A stretch of DNA of 63,495 bases, filler included. It is 3 parts of 3 records of this genome, joined end to end, with 100 filler letters (N's around TTAATTAATTAA, not from the genome) between each part and the next. Parts side by side here need not be neighbours in the genome. Positions count along the whole stretch, not along the records: positions 1 to 21,133 come from SRR20825006_1515; 2 more parts are not named here. One strand, given 5' to 3'. Positions 1 to 10,304 of this stretch are shown one piece after another; positions within the stretch are counted from its first letter, which is position 1, and every line of letters begins with the position of its first letter. Under the pieces are notes generated by a model. It was given only the letters and a program-made list of their open reading frames with translations. It was not told the DNA's origin and searched no databases. A program made the translations under genes and the position numbers.

Positions 1-1107
1 CGCCAGCAGCACGTTCATGTGCCCCGGCATACGGCCCGCCACCGGGTGGATGGCATATTTGACCTCAACGCCCTCTTTCTTCAGCACATCACACATTTCC
101 TTGAGCGCGTGCTGCGCCTGCGCCACCGCCATGCCGTACCCCGGCACGATGATAACCTTGGAAGCGTTTTTCATGATGAAAGCCGCGTCTTCGGCTGAGC
201 CCTGTTTCACCGGGCGGGTCTCTGTCGTGCCGCCTGCGGCCACGCCGCCGTCACCACCAAACCCGCCAAGGATCACAGAGATGAAGCTGCGGTTCATGCC
301 TTTACACATGATGTAGCTGAGGATGGCACCGGAGGAGCCCACCAGCGCACCGGTGACGATAAGCGCGGTGTTCGCAAGCGTGAAACCAATGCCCGCCGCT
401 GCCCAGCCTGAATAGCTGTTCAGCATGGACACCACCACTGGCATGTCAGCACCCCCAATAGGGATGATGAGCAAGAAGCCAATGATGAAGCTGAGCGCCG
501 TGACGATCCAGAAAACATGGATGCCCGCGATCGCTGCGTCATTATCAACCACAAACCAGGCGATACCGCCAACAATACCTAAAGCCAGCAGGCTGTTGAT
601 AACGTGCCGCGCGGGCAGCATGATCGGCGCGCCAGACATGTTGCCGTTCAGCTTCGCAAACGCGATGACCGAGCCCGAGAAGGTGATGGCACCAATGGCG
701 ATGCCGATAGCCATCTCGATCTTGGAGGCTGTGTAGATATGGCCCATGGCGTCCGCAATGCCGAAGGATACCGGGTTGAGGAAGGCACTTGCCGCTACAA
801 GCACGGCGGCGAGGCCCACAAGGCTGTGGAAAGCCGCCACAAGCTGCGGCATGGCTGTCATCGCGATCTTGCGGGCGATGATGAAGCCGATACCACCACC
901 GATCACGATGGCACCGATGATCCAGTCATAGGACACGATCTCGGGGTTGAGGATGGTTGTCACCACTGCGATGGCCATCCCTACCATGCCGAAGATATTA
1001 CCCTTGCGGCTGGTGACAGGTGACGACAGGCCGCGAAGCGACAGGATGAAAAGAACAGCAGCCACCAGGTAGGCAACGGCTGTGAGGTCAGCGTGCATTT
1101 GTGTCAT
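1..1107 (-). CDS. pntB: NAD(P) transhydrogenase subunit beta (3' truncated by window edge)
   Basis: Manual translation from ATG at 1107 gives MTQMHADLTAVAYLVAAVLFILSLRGLSSPVTSRKGNIFGM. Later motifs include IGGADMPVVVSMLNSYSGWAAA, IIVPGYGMAVAQAQH and HPVAGRMPGHMNVLLA. Directly downstream of pntAb. Confidence 0.95.
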   Translation of the reverse strand, partial: MTQMHADLTAVAYLVAAVLFILSLRGLSSPVTSRKGNIFGMVGMAIAVVTTILNPEIVSYDWIIGAIVIGGGIGFIIARKIAMTAMPQLVAAFHSLVGLAAVLVAASAFLNPVSFGIADAMGHIYTASKIEMAIGIAIGAITFSGSVIAFAKLNGNMSGAPIMLPARHVINSLLALGIVGGIAWFVVDNDAAIAGIHVFWIVTALSFIIGFLLIIPIGGADMPVVVSMLNSYSGWAAAGIGFTLANTALIVTGALVGSSGAILSYIMCKGMNRSFISVILGGFGGDGGVAAGGTTETRPVKQGSAEDAAFIMKNASKVIIVPGYGMAVAQAQHALKEMCDVLKKEGVEVKYAIHPVAGRMPGHMNVLLA

Positions 1108-1119
1108 GTGCGCGGGCCC

Positions 1120-1416
1120 CTATTTCTTTTTCTTATACATGGCGAGCATGCGGGCAGTGACCGCAAAACCACCAAAGATATTCACGGCCGCGAGGCCGAT
1201 GGCGATGGCGCCCAGCACTTTGGAAAGCGTTGCTCCCTCAGGCCCGGCGGCAATGAGCGCACCCACGATGATCACGCTTGAGATGGCGTTGGTGACGCTC
1301 ATCAGCGGCGTGTGCAGCGCAGGCGTGACCGACCACACCACATAATAGCCAATGAAAATCGCCAGAATGAAAACGGAGAACTGCTGAACGAATGGGTTTA
1401 CGATAATGTCATGCAT
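1120..1416 (-). CDS. pntAb: NAD(P) transhydrogenase subunit alpha part 2 (membrane)
   Basis: Motifs VWSVTPALHTPLMSVTNAISS and NIFGGFAVTARML; lies between pntAa and pntB. Confidence 0.95.
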   Translation of the reverse strand: MHDIIVNPFVQQFSVFILAIFIGYYVVWSVTPALHTPLMSVTNAISSVIIVGALIAAGPEGATLSKVLGAIAIGLAAVNIFGGFAVTARMLAMYKKKK

Positions 1417-1417
1417 C

Positions 1418-2548
1418 TTATTTCTCCCCTTTCAGGCGTTCGTTAACGACCGCACCGTCTTTGGTGATGAGCGATTCCCTGATGATTTCATCGTCAAAAT
1501 CGAACGCAAGCGCGCCGTCTTTCACCATTGGTGTGATGAAGTGCACCAGATTGCGGGCGTAAAGCGCGGAGGCGTCCGCCGCCAGGCGTGATGGCACGTT
1601 TTTGTGCCCAACGATTTTAACACCATGTGCCTCGACCACCTTGCCAGGTTCCGAAAGCGCGCAGTTGCCGCCCATCTCAACCGCAAGGTCAACGATCACG
1701 CTGCCCGGTTTCATGGATTTGATCATGTCTTCCGTGATCAGCTTTGGTGCCGGCCTGCCGGGGATAAGCGCCGTGGTGATGGCGATATCCTGCTTGGCCA
1801 GCGTTTCCGCAATCAAGGCCGCTTGCTTGGCTTTATACTCGTCAGACATTTCTTTCGCGTAACCGCCAGAGGTTTCTGCGGCTGCGGTTTCCTCGTCCTC
1901 GACCATCACAAACTTGCCGCCCAAACTTTCAACCTGTTCCTTGGCTGCGGGACGAACGTCTGTAGCACTTACGATAGCACCGAGGCGCTTCGCGGTTGCG
2001 ATAGCCTGAAGCCCGGCAACACCTGCACCCATCACCATCACCTTGGCAGGCGCGATTGTGCCCGCAGCGGTCATCATCATCGGCAGCGCCCGGCCAAACT
2101 CGGCCGTGGCGTCCAGCACCGCTTTATAGCCCGCGAGGTTGGATTGGCTTGAGAGCACATCCATCGACTGCGCGCGGGTGATGCGCGGCACAAATTCCAT
2201 GGCAAAGGACATCAGGCCCGCGCTCGCATAGTCACCGAGGCGCTCCCCTTCCTGAAACGGGTTGAGGACCGCGAGAAGCGCCGCGCCAGACTTGGCGGCT
2301 TTGGCGTCCTTACCCTCCAACCCCTGCACGGAAAATATGACGTCCGCGTCCTTGAGGGTGGATTTGAGGTCTTTGGCGACAGCGGCACCGGCGGCTTCAA
2401 AGGCGCCATCCGGGATAGATGCACCATCCCCGGCCCCTTTTTCCACGCTGACGGTAAAACCAAGCGCAATGAGTTTTTTAATACTGTCCGGGGTGGCTGC
2501 GACACGCTTCTCTGCGTCTCGCCTTTCCCGAATAACGGCTAGTTTCAT
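1418..2548 (-). CDS. pntAa: NAD(P) transhydrogenase subunit alpha part 1
   Basis: Motifs EKRVAATP, PRITRAQSMDVLSSQ, GAGVAGLQA and DLAVEMGGNC. Start moved to ATG 2548 (MKLAVIRE), which has a GGAGA RBS. Confidence 0.95.
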   Translation of the reverse strand: MKLAVIRERRDAEKRVAATPDSIKKLIALGFTVSVEKGAGDGASIPDGAFEAAGAAVAKDLKSTLKDADVIFSVQGLEGKDAKAAKSGAALLAVLNPFQEGERLGDYASAGLMSFAMEFVPRITRAQSMDVLSSQSNLAGYKAVLDATAEFGRALPMMMTAAGTIAPAKVMVMGAGVAGLQAIATAKRLGAIVSATDVRPAAKEQVESLGGKFVMVEDEETAAAETSGGYAKEMSDEYKAKQAALIAETLAKQDIAITTALIPGRPAPKLITEDMIKSMKPGSVIVDLAVEMGGNCALSEPGKVVEAHGVKIVGHKNVPSRLAADASALYARNLVHFITPMVKDGALAFDFDDEIIRESLITKDGAVVNERLKGEK

Positions 2549-2819
2549 GAGTTTATCTCCCTGAAACAGATTAAAGGCAAATCTACAAAGGCAGGCAGGC
2601 ACCAAATGTTTGGTTGTTTTTTGTATTTGCCCCCGTGCGCCGCACGCCCGAGCCAGAAAGGTAGCGCAAATGCACATTCAAGCAACATTCTTTCTTTCAA
2701 TTACAGAAATAGAAAATTTTATCATTTGGGTTTTGTTAACAAGTGTCCTGAAATGATACATTCCGATTCGCGCTGCAGGCTGAGACAGCGCCTATCATGC
2801 GTATCGGGGGATATCAGGC

Positions 2820-4286
2820 ATGAAACAAGAACGCGTATTGATTGTAGAAGACGAGTTGACACAGGTGATGCTGCTTGAGGGGGTGATCAAGCGCGCGGGC
2901 TTTGTGGCTGAACACGCCATGGACGGCGCGGACGCCATCAAACGGCTGAATGACGCCGGTGCACCACCTATAGACGTTGTGCTGCTTGACCTGATGATGC
3001 CGGGAATGAGCGGCATTGAGGTCCTCAACGCCATTCGCCCAAAACACCCCACCCTGCCTGTTGTGATGCTCACGGCACATTCCTCCATCACCACGGTGGT
3101 CGATGCCATGCGCGCGGGCGCCAACGACTTTATCGTCAAACCCGCCAGCGCTGAACGTATCCGCACCGCTATAGAGGCCGCACTGAAGACCAATGGTTTT
3201 GTCGGCGAGATCGCGCCGGTCAGTGGGCAGATGACCGGCCAGATGCAAGGGCATGGTTTTGATAACCTTGTCGGCACCAGCGTGGGCATGCAGCGGGCGG
3301 TCAAGCTGGCGAAAAAAGCCGCCAGCTCCAGCATTCCGGTGCTGATTGAGGGCGAGAGCGGTGTGGGCAAGGAAGTTTTCGCCCGCGCGATCCATGAGGC
3401 CAGCGAACGCTCCGGCACCGCATTTGTTGCGGTCAACTGCGGTGCTATCCCGGAAAATCTGGTGGAAAGCATCCTTTTTGGCCATGAAAAAGGCGCTTTC
3501 ACGGGCGCCACGGAAAAGCGCATCGGTAAATTTCAGGAAGCCAATGGCGGCACGCTGTTTCTGGATGAAGTGGGGGAACTGCCCCTTGATGTGCAGGTCA
3601 AACTCCTACGCGCCATTCAGGAAAAAGAGATCGACCCGGTTGGCGGCAAACAAAGCGTGCGGGTTGATATAAGGATCATTTCGGCAACGAACCGAAATTT
3701 GGCCGACCTGTCGGCCAGCGGTGCGTTCCGGGAAGACCTTTATTATCGGCTGAATGTTTTCCCCATCCTGATACCACCGCTTCGGGACAGGAACAGCGAC
3801 ATCCCGGCGCTGGCGGAACATTTCCTCGCCCAGATATCCGCGCTTGAGGAAGTACCGCGCCGCCGCATCACGCGTGACGTGCTTGATCTGCTCTCAGGCT
3901 ATAGCTGGCCCGGCAACATCCGCCAGCTGCAGAACGCGCTTTTCCGCGCTGTGATCCTCTCTGAAGAAGATACGCTCCGGCAAAGCGATTTCCCGCACCT
4001 GATGGGCCAACCGCTAACCATGCAGCCCGCGCAGTCCATCCAGCCCAGCCCTCACCAGACATTACCAGCAGCGGCCGCACCTGTCGAAATTATGCCACAA
4101 GGTGGTGCTCTTCTGATATTGCATGGACAAGACGGCCACATCCGGCCCCTCGCAGAACTGGAAGCGGATATCATTCGGCAAACGCTGCTCAAATATGATG
4201 GACGCATGGCCGAAGTGGCACGCCGTCTGGGTATCGGAAGGTCAACACTATACCGCAAGGTAGCAGAATACGGCTTAAACACTTGA
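2820..4286 (+). CDS. tacA: sigma54-dependent response regulator (REC-AAA+-Fis HTH), TacA-like
   Basis: Receiver domain (LLDLMMPG), GESGVGKE, GAFTGA and C-terminal EVARRLGIGRSTLYRK. KPASAERI and GHIRPLAELE resemble alphaproteobacterial TacA (recognition from memory, not a search). Confidence 0.8.
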   Translation: MKQERVLIVEDELTQVMLLEGVIKRAGFVAEHAMDGADAIKRLNDAGAPPIDVVLLDLMMPGMSGIEVLNAIRPKHPTLPVVMLTAHSSITTVVDAMRAGANDFIVKPASAERIRTAIEAALKTNGFVGEIAPVSGQMTGQMQGHGFDNLVGTSVGMQRAVKLAKKAASSSIPVLIEGESGVGKEVFARAIHEASERSGTAFVAVNCGAIPENLVESILFGHEKGAFTGATEKRIGKFQEANGGTLFLDEVGELPLDVQVKLLRAIQEKEIDPVGGKQSVRVDIRIISATNRNLADLSASGAFREDLYYRLNVFPILIPPLRDRNSDIPALAEHFLAQISALEEVPRRRITRDVLDLLSGYSWPGNIRQLQNALFRAVILSEEDTLRQSDFPHLMGQPLTMQPAQSIQPSPHQTLPAAAAPVEIMPQGGALLILHGQDGHIRPLAELEADIIRQTLLKYDGRMAEVARRLGIGRSTLYRKVAEYGLNT

Positions 4287-4305
4287 GCCTTTGGGAGCAT
4301 GAAGA

Positions 4306-5157
4306 GTGATCGGTGTATTTGATTCCGGCTCCGGCGGTTTGACCATCCTTGAAGCGCTGCACCGGCGCATGCCAGAGCAGGATTTCCTCTATCTGGGCGA
4401 TCACGCCAACGCACCTTACGGCCACCGGTCTAACGAACGTATCGTTGAGCTGACCCGAGAGGGTGTGGAAACCCTGTTCAAAGCCGGGTGCAGCCTAGTC
4501 ATTTTAGCCTGCAACACGGCAGCCGCCGTTGCCCTTCGCACGCTTCAGCAAAAATGGTTGCCGCTCGCCTATCCCGGCCGTCGCATCCTTGGTGTGCTGG
4601 TGCCTATGGTGGAGGCCATCACGGGCGTGCCGTGGTCACAGGAGCACCCCGGCGAAAGCGCAGCAAAACCGACAGGTAAAACCATCCTGCTGTTCGCTAC
4701 GCAGAAAACTGTCAACAGCGGTGCTTATCTGGAAGAAGTGGCCAAACGCGCGCCCAATATCCGGCTCGTGCAGAAAGCCTGCCCCGGCCTTGTGGACGCC
4801 ATTGAAGGTGCCGCTGGCGCCCGCCCCCTGAAGGGCCTGATTGAAGGCTATGTGCAGGAAGCCCTTGAGGATGCGGGCAGCAAACCCGATGCCGCCCTTC
4901 TGGGCTGTACGCACTTCCCCCTTGCCCGCCCCTATTTTGAAAGCGCATTACCAATGGGCATGGAACTACTCTCGCAGCCCAATGTTGTTGCAACGTCGCT
5001 GGAAGGTTACCTGAAACGGCACCCGGAATTTGCACACAAGGGCACAGGCAGGGTCAGGCTTCTCACCACCGGCAAACCCGGTGACGTGAACCTGAGCGAC
5101 AGTTACCTGCCGCCACACCTGTGCGAATTTGAAGGCCCACCCGCTAAAGCCGTTTAG
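4306..5157 (+). CDS. murI: glutamate racemase
   Basis: Motifs IGVFDSGSGGLT, PYG, ACNTA and LGCTHF. Confidence 0.95.
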   Translation: MIGVFDSGSGGLTILEALHRRMPEQDFLYLGDHANAPYGHRSNERIVELTREGVETLFKAGCSLVILACNTAAAVALRTLQQKWLPLAYPGRRILGVLVPMVEAITGVPWSQEHPGESAAKPTGKTILLFATQKTVNSGAYLEEVAKRAPNIRLVQKACPGLVDAIEGAAGARPLKGLIEGYVQEALEDAGSKPDAALLGCTHFPLARPYFESALPMGMELLSQPNVVATSLEGYLKRHPEFAHKGTGRVRLLTTGKPGDVNLSDSYLPPHLCEFEGPPAKAV

Positions 5158-5168
5158 GCCGAAACAGC

Positions 5169-6956
5169 CTAAGCCTCCAGCGCCTGCTGCCGCACATCAT
5201 CAAGGAACAGTGTGGTCACATTGCGCATCTGGTCTGTTGCCTGCTGAATGGTTTTTGACGCCACCGCCATCTGGCTTGACGCATCCCGCGTTTGCCGCGC
5301 CCCATCCGCCGCCCCTGCTACGTGACGGCTTACGTCCTGTGTGCCGGTTGCTGCTTCCTGTACGTTACGGGCGATCTCGTCCGTCGCGGCGCGCTGTTCT
5401 TCTACCGCTGATGCAACACCAGAGGCCATCTCCGCGATCTGCTGGATACCCCTGCGGATCGCTTTCATCGCATCATTGGCCCTGTTGGACTGCGCTTGCA
5501 CTGCGCCTATCTGTTCGCTGATCTGCTCGGTCGCTTTGCCCGTCTGGTTCGCAAGGCTTTTGACCTCGCTGGCCACAACGGCAAAACCTTTACCCGCTTC
5601 GCCAGCACGGGCTGCCTCGATTGTGGCATTAAGCGCCAGCAGGTTGGTTTGCTCCGCAATGTCATTGATCAGCTTGACTATCTCACCAATCGCACCGGAG
5701 GACTGGGCAAGCTCGGTCATGATCTGCTCAGACTGACCCGCAGCGGACGCCGTTTCCTGTGATTGCCGTGAGGACATGTCCATCTGACGCGCGATCTCAG
5801 CCACAGATTGCCCAAGTTCCTCTGTAGCCGCCGCGACGGTCTGCACGTTGGAGCTGGATTCTTCCGCCGACGCTGCCGCCGCCGAAGTCTGATCGCCGGT
5901 TTTGTCCGCCGTCTGCACAAGCAGGTCAGAGATATTCATCAGGTTATTCAGCTCTGCCGCAACCTGCGCCATGGTGTCCTGCACCTTGCTATCAAACTCC
6001 GTGATCAGAGCGGTAATCAATGCTGTTTTCCGCTCGCGAGCTTCCACCTCTTCCTGCTGGCGCCTGAGCTCTGCTTCCTGTGCTTCCTGTTCCAAACGCA
6101 AGCGCTCGCGCTCGGCTTCTTCCTCACGTAGTCGAGCGGCTTCAGCTTCTTTCCTCAATCGGGTGCGTTCAATCGCATTTTCCTTGAAAGTATTCACCGC
6201 GCCCGCCATGTGGCCGACCTCGTCCTTGAAGTTCATGCACGGCACATCAACCGTGTCGTCACCATCCGCCAGTGTCAGCATCGTGGTGGTCATGCGCCGG
6301 ATAGGGACCGCAATCTGACGCGCGAAAAACAGCCCTGCAATCACCGCCACAACAACAATCAAAACGTTGGAAGCAACAGTGATGGTGTTCACGCCGCTGA
6401 TGGCTGCACCAGCCGCCTCATGGGCATGAGCAGCCATCTCCTGCTCAATTACATCCACTGCGGCTTCAAGTTCACGAATTTCATCAAATATATGGCCCGG
6501 CGCACCTGAGGCCTCAATGGCCCGGGCCTCATTCACTGTCAGGTAATGTGACATCAGCTTGACCTGACGTTCAGCGTACTGGCCACGCCATGCTTCCGCT
6601 TTTTCAATAATCTGGTTAACAGGTGCCGCCAGTTCCGGCCGCCGGTCTGCGTAATCCAGCAGGTCTTTGGCGACCCGCTCGAACTTTTCTTCCGCCTCAT
6701 TGTATTGCACAAGAACGGAACGGTCGCTCGCAACCAACAGATAAAGAATGGCCTGTCGTTGCCGGTCAAGGCTGCTGATCAACTCACTATAAGAGCTGCG
6801 GAAGTTCTGCACATCAGACGCCCCATCAAGCGTTGCCGACAGCCGCTTCATGTTTGCGAATGTGATGATGGACGATACCAACATGATGGCGATGAGAACG
6901 CCAAAGGCGGTGATGACCTTGCCAGGGATGGAAAGCTTCCTGATGATATCCAACAT
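5169..6956 (-). CDS. methyl-accepting chemotaxis protein (2 TM, CHASE3/4HB-like sensor, HAMP, MCP signal domain)
   Basis: Signature [48 protein letters not shown]; two hydrophobic segments. Confidence 0.95.
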   Translation of the reverse strand: MLDIIRKLSIPGKVITAFGVLIAIMLVSSIITFANMKRLSATLDGASDVQNFRSSYSELISSLDRQRQAILYLLVASDRSVLVQYNEAEEKFERVAKDLLDYADRRPELAAPVNQIIEKAEAWRGQYAERQVKLMSHYLTVNEARAIEASGAPGHIFDEIRELEAAVDVIEQEMAAHAHEAAGAAISGVNTITVASNVLIVVVAVIAGLFFARQIAVPIRRMTTTMLTLADGDDTVDVPCMNFKDEVGHMAGAVNTFKENAIERTRLRKEAEAARLREEEAERERLRLEQEAQEAELRRQQEEVEARERKTALITALITEFDSKVQDTMAQVAAELNNLMNISDLLVQTADKTGDQTSAAAASAEESSSNVQTVAAATEELGQSVAEIARQMDMSSRQSQETASAAGQSEQIMTELAQSSGAIGEIVKLINDIAEQTNLLALNATIEAARAGEAGKGFAVVASEVKSLANQTGKATEQISEQIGAVQAQSNRANDAMKAIRRGIQQIAEMASGVASAVEEQRAATDEIARNVQEAATGTQDVSRHVAGAADGARQTRDASSQMAVASKTIQQATDQMRNVTTLFLDDVRQQALEA

Positions 6957-7603
6957 TACTGGCCTCCCGCCGGTGTGTTTCTGCTACGGCGTGCCAGCTC
7001 CGTGAGGTTGATCTCTACAGTGACGGCACCTATGGGCTGGCCCCTGTCTGATTGCAGGGTCATATTCGCCTGCGCACGCCATGTGCCGGATGCTTCATGA
7101 AGCTCCGCCTCATCGATAAAAATGGCACCTGCGCCCACATCAAACGTCTTCTGGAACTTGGCTTCATCACCCTGCCAGAAGTCAGACGTAATGGCGCTTT
7201 GGCCCGCGTTCAGCCCCTGTGCATCGATGACAAAAATTTCGGTAAACAGTCCGGCAGACGCGGCCTGCACCTGGGTAAGATACGTTGAAAGCGGGTTATT
7301 GAGCGTTGCGGCGATCAGGGGTTGGTTGTCTGCCTCGCGCTCGGCACGCCACTGGCTATCAAGGCTGTTGATATTCGCCTGACTCAAGTTGGCGTACCGA
7401 CGATTTTGTGCTTCCAGCGTCATGAACACCACTGGCACAAGAAGCCAGCTCCGTACCTCACCCAAAGTCTCGTCATCAATCAGCGACGTTGAGGGTTGCT
7501 GCGCACCGGACATGGGCGCAAAAGACAACATCACCAGCAACACCGCTGCCTGCACAGTGTATCGTACCATGGAAGTACCTTTCCCTGGCGCCTGATCAAG
7601 CAT
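6956..7603 (-). CDS. exported protein, stand-alone PDC/Cache-like sensor fold (start possibly 7570)
   Basis: Signal-peptide-like N-terminus; [29 protein letters not shown] and [10 protein letters not shown] are Cache-like. TAATG stop/start overlap with the MCP. Confidence 0.65.
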   Translation of the reverse strand: MLDQAPGKGTSMVRYTVQAAVLLVMLSFAPMSGAQQPSTSLIDDETLGEVRSWLLVPVVFMTLEAQNRRYANLSQANINSLDSQWRAEREADNQPLIAATLNNPLSTYLTQVQAASAGLFTEIFVIDAQGLNAGQSAITSDFWQGDEAKFQKTFDVGAGAIFIDEAELHEASGTWRAQANMTLQSDRGQPIGAVTVEINLTELARRSRNTPAGGQ

Positions 7604-7676
7604 TTGGACCCGGCGCTCACGTGGAGGGCAGACGCGTCACCTTCCTTCAACGGAAGCCAACCAAAACCGACAAAAC

Positions 7677-7702
7677 ATAGCTAAATATAGCTAAATATAG
7701 CT
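7677..7702. repeat. 10-bp tandem direct repeat (ATAGCTAAAT x2.6) in divergent promoter region
   Basis: Sequence atagctaaat atagctaaat atagct read directly. Confidence 0.8.
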
Positions 7703-7828
7703 CTGGCCGGATCATGGCAGACCGACTGCAGAAGGGTGGAAAATCAGAACATAGCGGGACGCGACAGCCCCCGACCTTAATCTTTGCGGGGCGGAAGACC
7801 CCACGTCTGAATATTGGCACGGGACAAA

Positions 7829-7844
7829 CTAATATACGGTTAAC
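7829..7844. promoter_or_regulatory. putative CtrA-binding box
   Basis: CTAA-N7-TTAAC has one mismatch to TTAA-N7-TTAAC and lies upstream of a chemoreceptor operon in an alphaproteobacterium. Confidence 0.45.
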
Positions 7845-8016
7845 GATAGAAGCGCCAAAGGGGTGTGGCGGGATCCGGCCACGGATGGGCGGCACCACAG
7901 CACTTCTTGCCTGGCGCGGGGCGAGCAGATAGGCTACCTAGAGATCGCTGTTGCAGAAGTGCTGCAAAGCATAAAGCCATCAATAGCTTAGGCACTCGCT
8001 GGAGGCTGACCCCTAT

Positions 8017-9747
8017 ATGAGTTCTCTCGCTGTCTTCCCAAAAAACGCGGCAAAAGCCCAGCGCCTGCATCAATTCCTGCAGCCACGCGCCTCAAGCTAT
8101 CAGGAGCTTGATGTGCCGGGCTTTCCCGAACTCACGCTTGTTTTATGGGCGGCAGACAGAGCGAGCACGACGCTTTTCCTCCCACTTGACGACAATGACT
8201 TTATCGCTGTCACAGGCACGTTGTTCGTTGCCGATAAAACCGGGCCAGAGGCCGCCCGCGCACTTCATGAAAGCTTTGACGCAGCCAGTTTTGACTGGAC
8301 GGATTGCACCGGCCAATTTGTGGCGGTCATCGGCAAAGCGGGCAAGCTGCATATGGTGAATGACGGTCTTGGAAGCTGGAAGCTTTATAGTGACACAGAC
8401 GGCTCGTTTGCCTCCGCCGGGTTTCTTGAGGCTTCGCTCCTCAAAGACAGCCTGAGCTTTAATGCGCAAGGCGTCTATGAGTATGCCTTCACCGGCTTTG
8501 TGCTGGGCGAAGCCACCTTTGTGAATGAGATCACAGCCGTGATGCCTCATCATCTTCTGGCGTGGCAAGGCGGTGCCTTCAAACCAATAGAGAAACCAAC
8601 ACCCATAAAAGCCACCCAGCGAAACAACGCGAGCTTTGATGACATGCTGAAGCTTCAGCTCACGGCTCTCCGGGCTCGTTTCTCAAAATTCGCGACCCTG
8701 CCGGTGGACGCCGTGACCTCTTCGGTCTCGGGCGGTTTCGATTCTCGCCTGATGATCGCGCTTCTTAAAGAAGCCGGGCTACGGCCCAACCTCTTTGTAT
8801 ATGGCGCGGATGACGACGAGGATGTCCCGCCGTCAAAAGCATTGGCAGATTATTTTGGCCTGCCACTCAACCATGTTGACCGCGGCACGTTTACCCCGCC
8901 CGAACACCTGCCCACGGTTGAAGATGTGCTCTATTATTTTGATGGCTGGAAAGATGACGGGCTTGCTGATTTTGAGCATGACATCACTGACCGCAAGAAC
9001 CGGGCTGCGAGTGCGTCCTATATGGCCAACGGTAAATGTGGTGAAATTTACCGACATTATTATTACCAGCATGTCGGTAAGAGCGGTATCAACCTTAACG
9101 CCTTTGTACGCGGCACTTTTGGCAGACACGTGCCGCAAATGGTAACCCCGCGCTTTGATCGCCACAGCTTTGAGGCCAATGTGACGCGTGCGTTCCGGGC
9201 CTTGACCGGTTTTGACGGCACGCGCCTGAGCCAGGAAGATCTCGACTATCTGTATCCTAAGGTACGCATCTGTCACGATGCCGGGCGTGACATTACCGTC
9301 AACCACCGTTTCTCGCACGCGCTCTACCCATTTGCGGAAGCAGAGCTGAGCGGGCCTGCGCTCGCCCTCAACTATGAGGAACGGCTATACGGCAAGCTTG
9401 AAGCTCATGTTATCGCGGCGATTGACCCGGACCTTATCAACATCCCAAGCGCATACGGTTATGACCTATTGAGAGGCCCTGGCCTCGCCTATCGGCTCAA
9501 GATGGCCGCGTCTTACCACCGGCCCACATGGCTACGTACCGCGGTACCTGCGCTCAAGACCATGCTCAGCCCGGCCAGTGCAATCGATATGGCCTCCCTG
9601 CCGGAAGCCACCCTTATCACGGATAAAACCATGCCTGCCATGCAGCGCTATTTCAATCTGGACAGGGTATGCGACAGGCGCACAGCTTCGCGCATTTATG
9701 CGCTGGAAGTGCTCGCGCAATACGTCGGTATCACCTCAAACAATTAG
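8017..9747 (+). CDS. asparagine synthase-like (PP-loop amidotransferase family) protein
   Basis: SGGFDSR PP-loop and an Ntn-like N-terminal region (GQFVAV, NDGLG) lacking the N-terminal Cys. Confidence 0.75.
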   Translation: MSSLAVFPKNAAKAQRLHQFLQPRASSYQELDVPGFPELTLVLWAADRASTTLFLPLDDNDFIAVTGTLFVADKTGPEAARALHESFDAASFDWTDCTGQFVAVIGKAGKLHMVNDGLGSWKLYSDTDGSFASAGFLEASLLKDSLSFNAQGVYEYAFTGFVLGEATFVNEITAVMPHHLLAWQGGAFKPIEKPTPIKATQRNNASFDDMLKLQLTALRARFSKFATLPVDAVTSSVSGGFDSRLMIALLKEAGLRPNLFVYGADDDEDVPPSKALADYFGLPLNHVDRGTFTPPEHLPTVEDVLYYFDGWKDDGLADFEHDITDRKNRAASASYMANGKCGEIYRHYYYQHVGKSGINLNAFVRGTFGRHVPQMVTPRFDRHSFEANVTRAFRALTGFDGTRLSQEDLDYLYPKVRICHDAGRDITVNHRFSHALYPFAEAELSGPALALNYEERLYGKLEAHVIAAIDPDLINIPSAYGYDLLRGPGLAYRLKMAASYHRPTWLRTAVPALKTMLSPASAIDMASLPEATLITDKTMPAMQRYFNLDRVCDRRTASRIYALEVLAQYVGITSNN

Positions 9748-9766
9748 GGCGCTAGAAAGCGCCCTA
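9745..9766. terminator. hairpin between convergent genes
   Basis: TAGGGCGCT-AGAA-AGCGCCCTA. Confidence 0.55.
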
Positions 9767-9788
9767 TGCAGCAGTATACAGCTGTGTG

Positions 9789-10079
9789 TTATTCGCCAAC
9801 CGCTTCCGGCGTTCCCGCTTCAGGCAGTTGTCCGCCTTCAATGGCGTGAAGATACACATCCAGAAGGCTTTCCTGTTCCTGCCGCTCGGCCTGGTCCATC
9901 TTGCGCACCGCAATTACCTTGCGCATGATTTTGGTATCGAAGCCGACAGCCTTGGCGCCCGCGTAAACTTCCTTGATATCTTCGGCGATGCCTTTTTTCT
10001 CTTCTTCAAGGCGCTCGATACGCTCAACAAAAGAACGAAGCTGTTCACCAGCCACACCACCAGCCTGTACTTGTACCAT
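9789..10079 (-). CDS. gapR: nucleoid-associated protein GapR (DUF2312)
   Basis: [16 protein letters not shown]...DIKEVY..AK..GFD.KI.R..I..RKMD is the DUF2312 signature. Confidence 0.92.
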   Translation of the reverse strand: MVQVQAGGVAGEQLRSFVERIERLEEEKKGIAEDIKEVYAGAKAVGFDTKIMRKVIAVRKMDQAERQEQESLLDVYLHAIEGGQLPEAGTPEAVGE

Positions 10080-10240
10080 CTATAAACTCCCTGACTTCAC
10101 GTCATCTTGGTTGCGCTGCGCCTCTGAGCTCCACCTTGGGGTATCGCCGGGCTGCATATAAATCACTTGGTCGGCGCGCACTCTAGCGATGCACGTGCGC
10201 CAGTTCAATTGCATAATCGCCAGACCCCCGTTGGCAAGGG

Positions 10241-10275
10241 AAAACAAAGGGCGTCCTCCGCATGGAAAACGCCCC
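10241..10275 (-). terminator. rho-independent terminator of the TonB-dependent receptor gene
   Basis: GGGCGT...ACGCCC stem followed by TTTGTTTT on the minus strand. Confidence 0.65.
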
Positions 10276-10304
10276 ATTTTGCAATAAATCTGAAGATGGT
10301 CTCG

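Noticed and set aside
2725-2740. CtrA box upstream of the tacA-like gene
   Set aside because: Only one good half-site (TTTG-N7-TTAAC); plausible but too weak to call.
7714-7932. 72-aa ORF in the divergent intergenic region
   Set aside because: No RBS or recognisable motif; overlaps probable regulatory sites.
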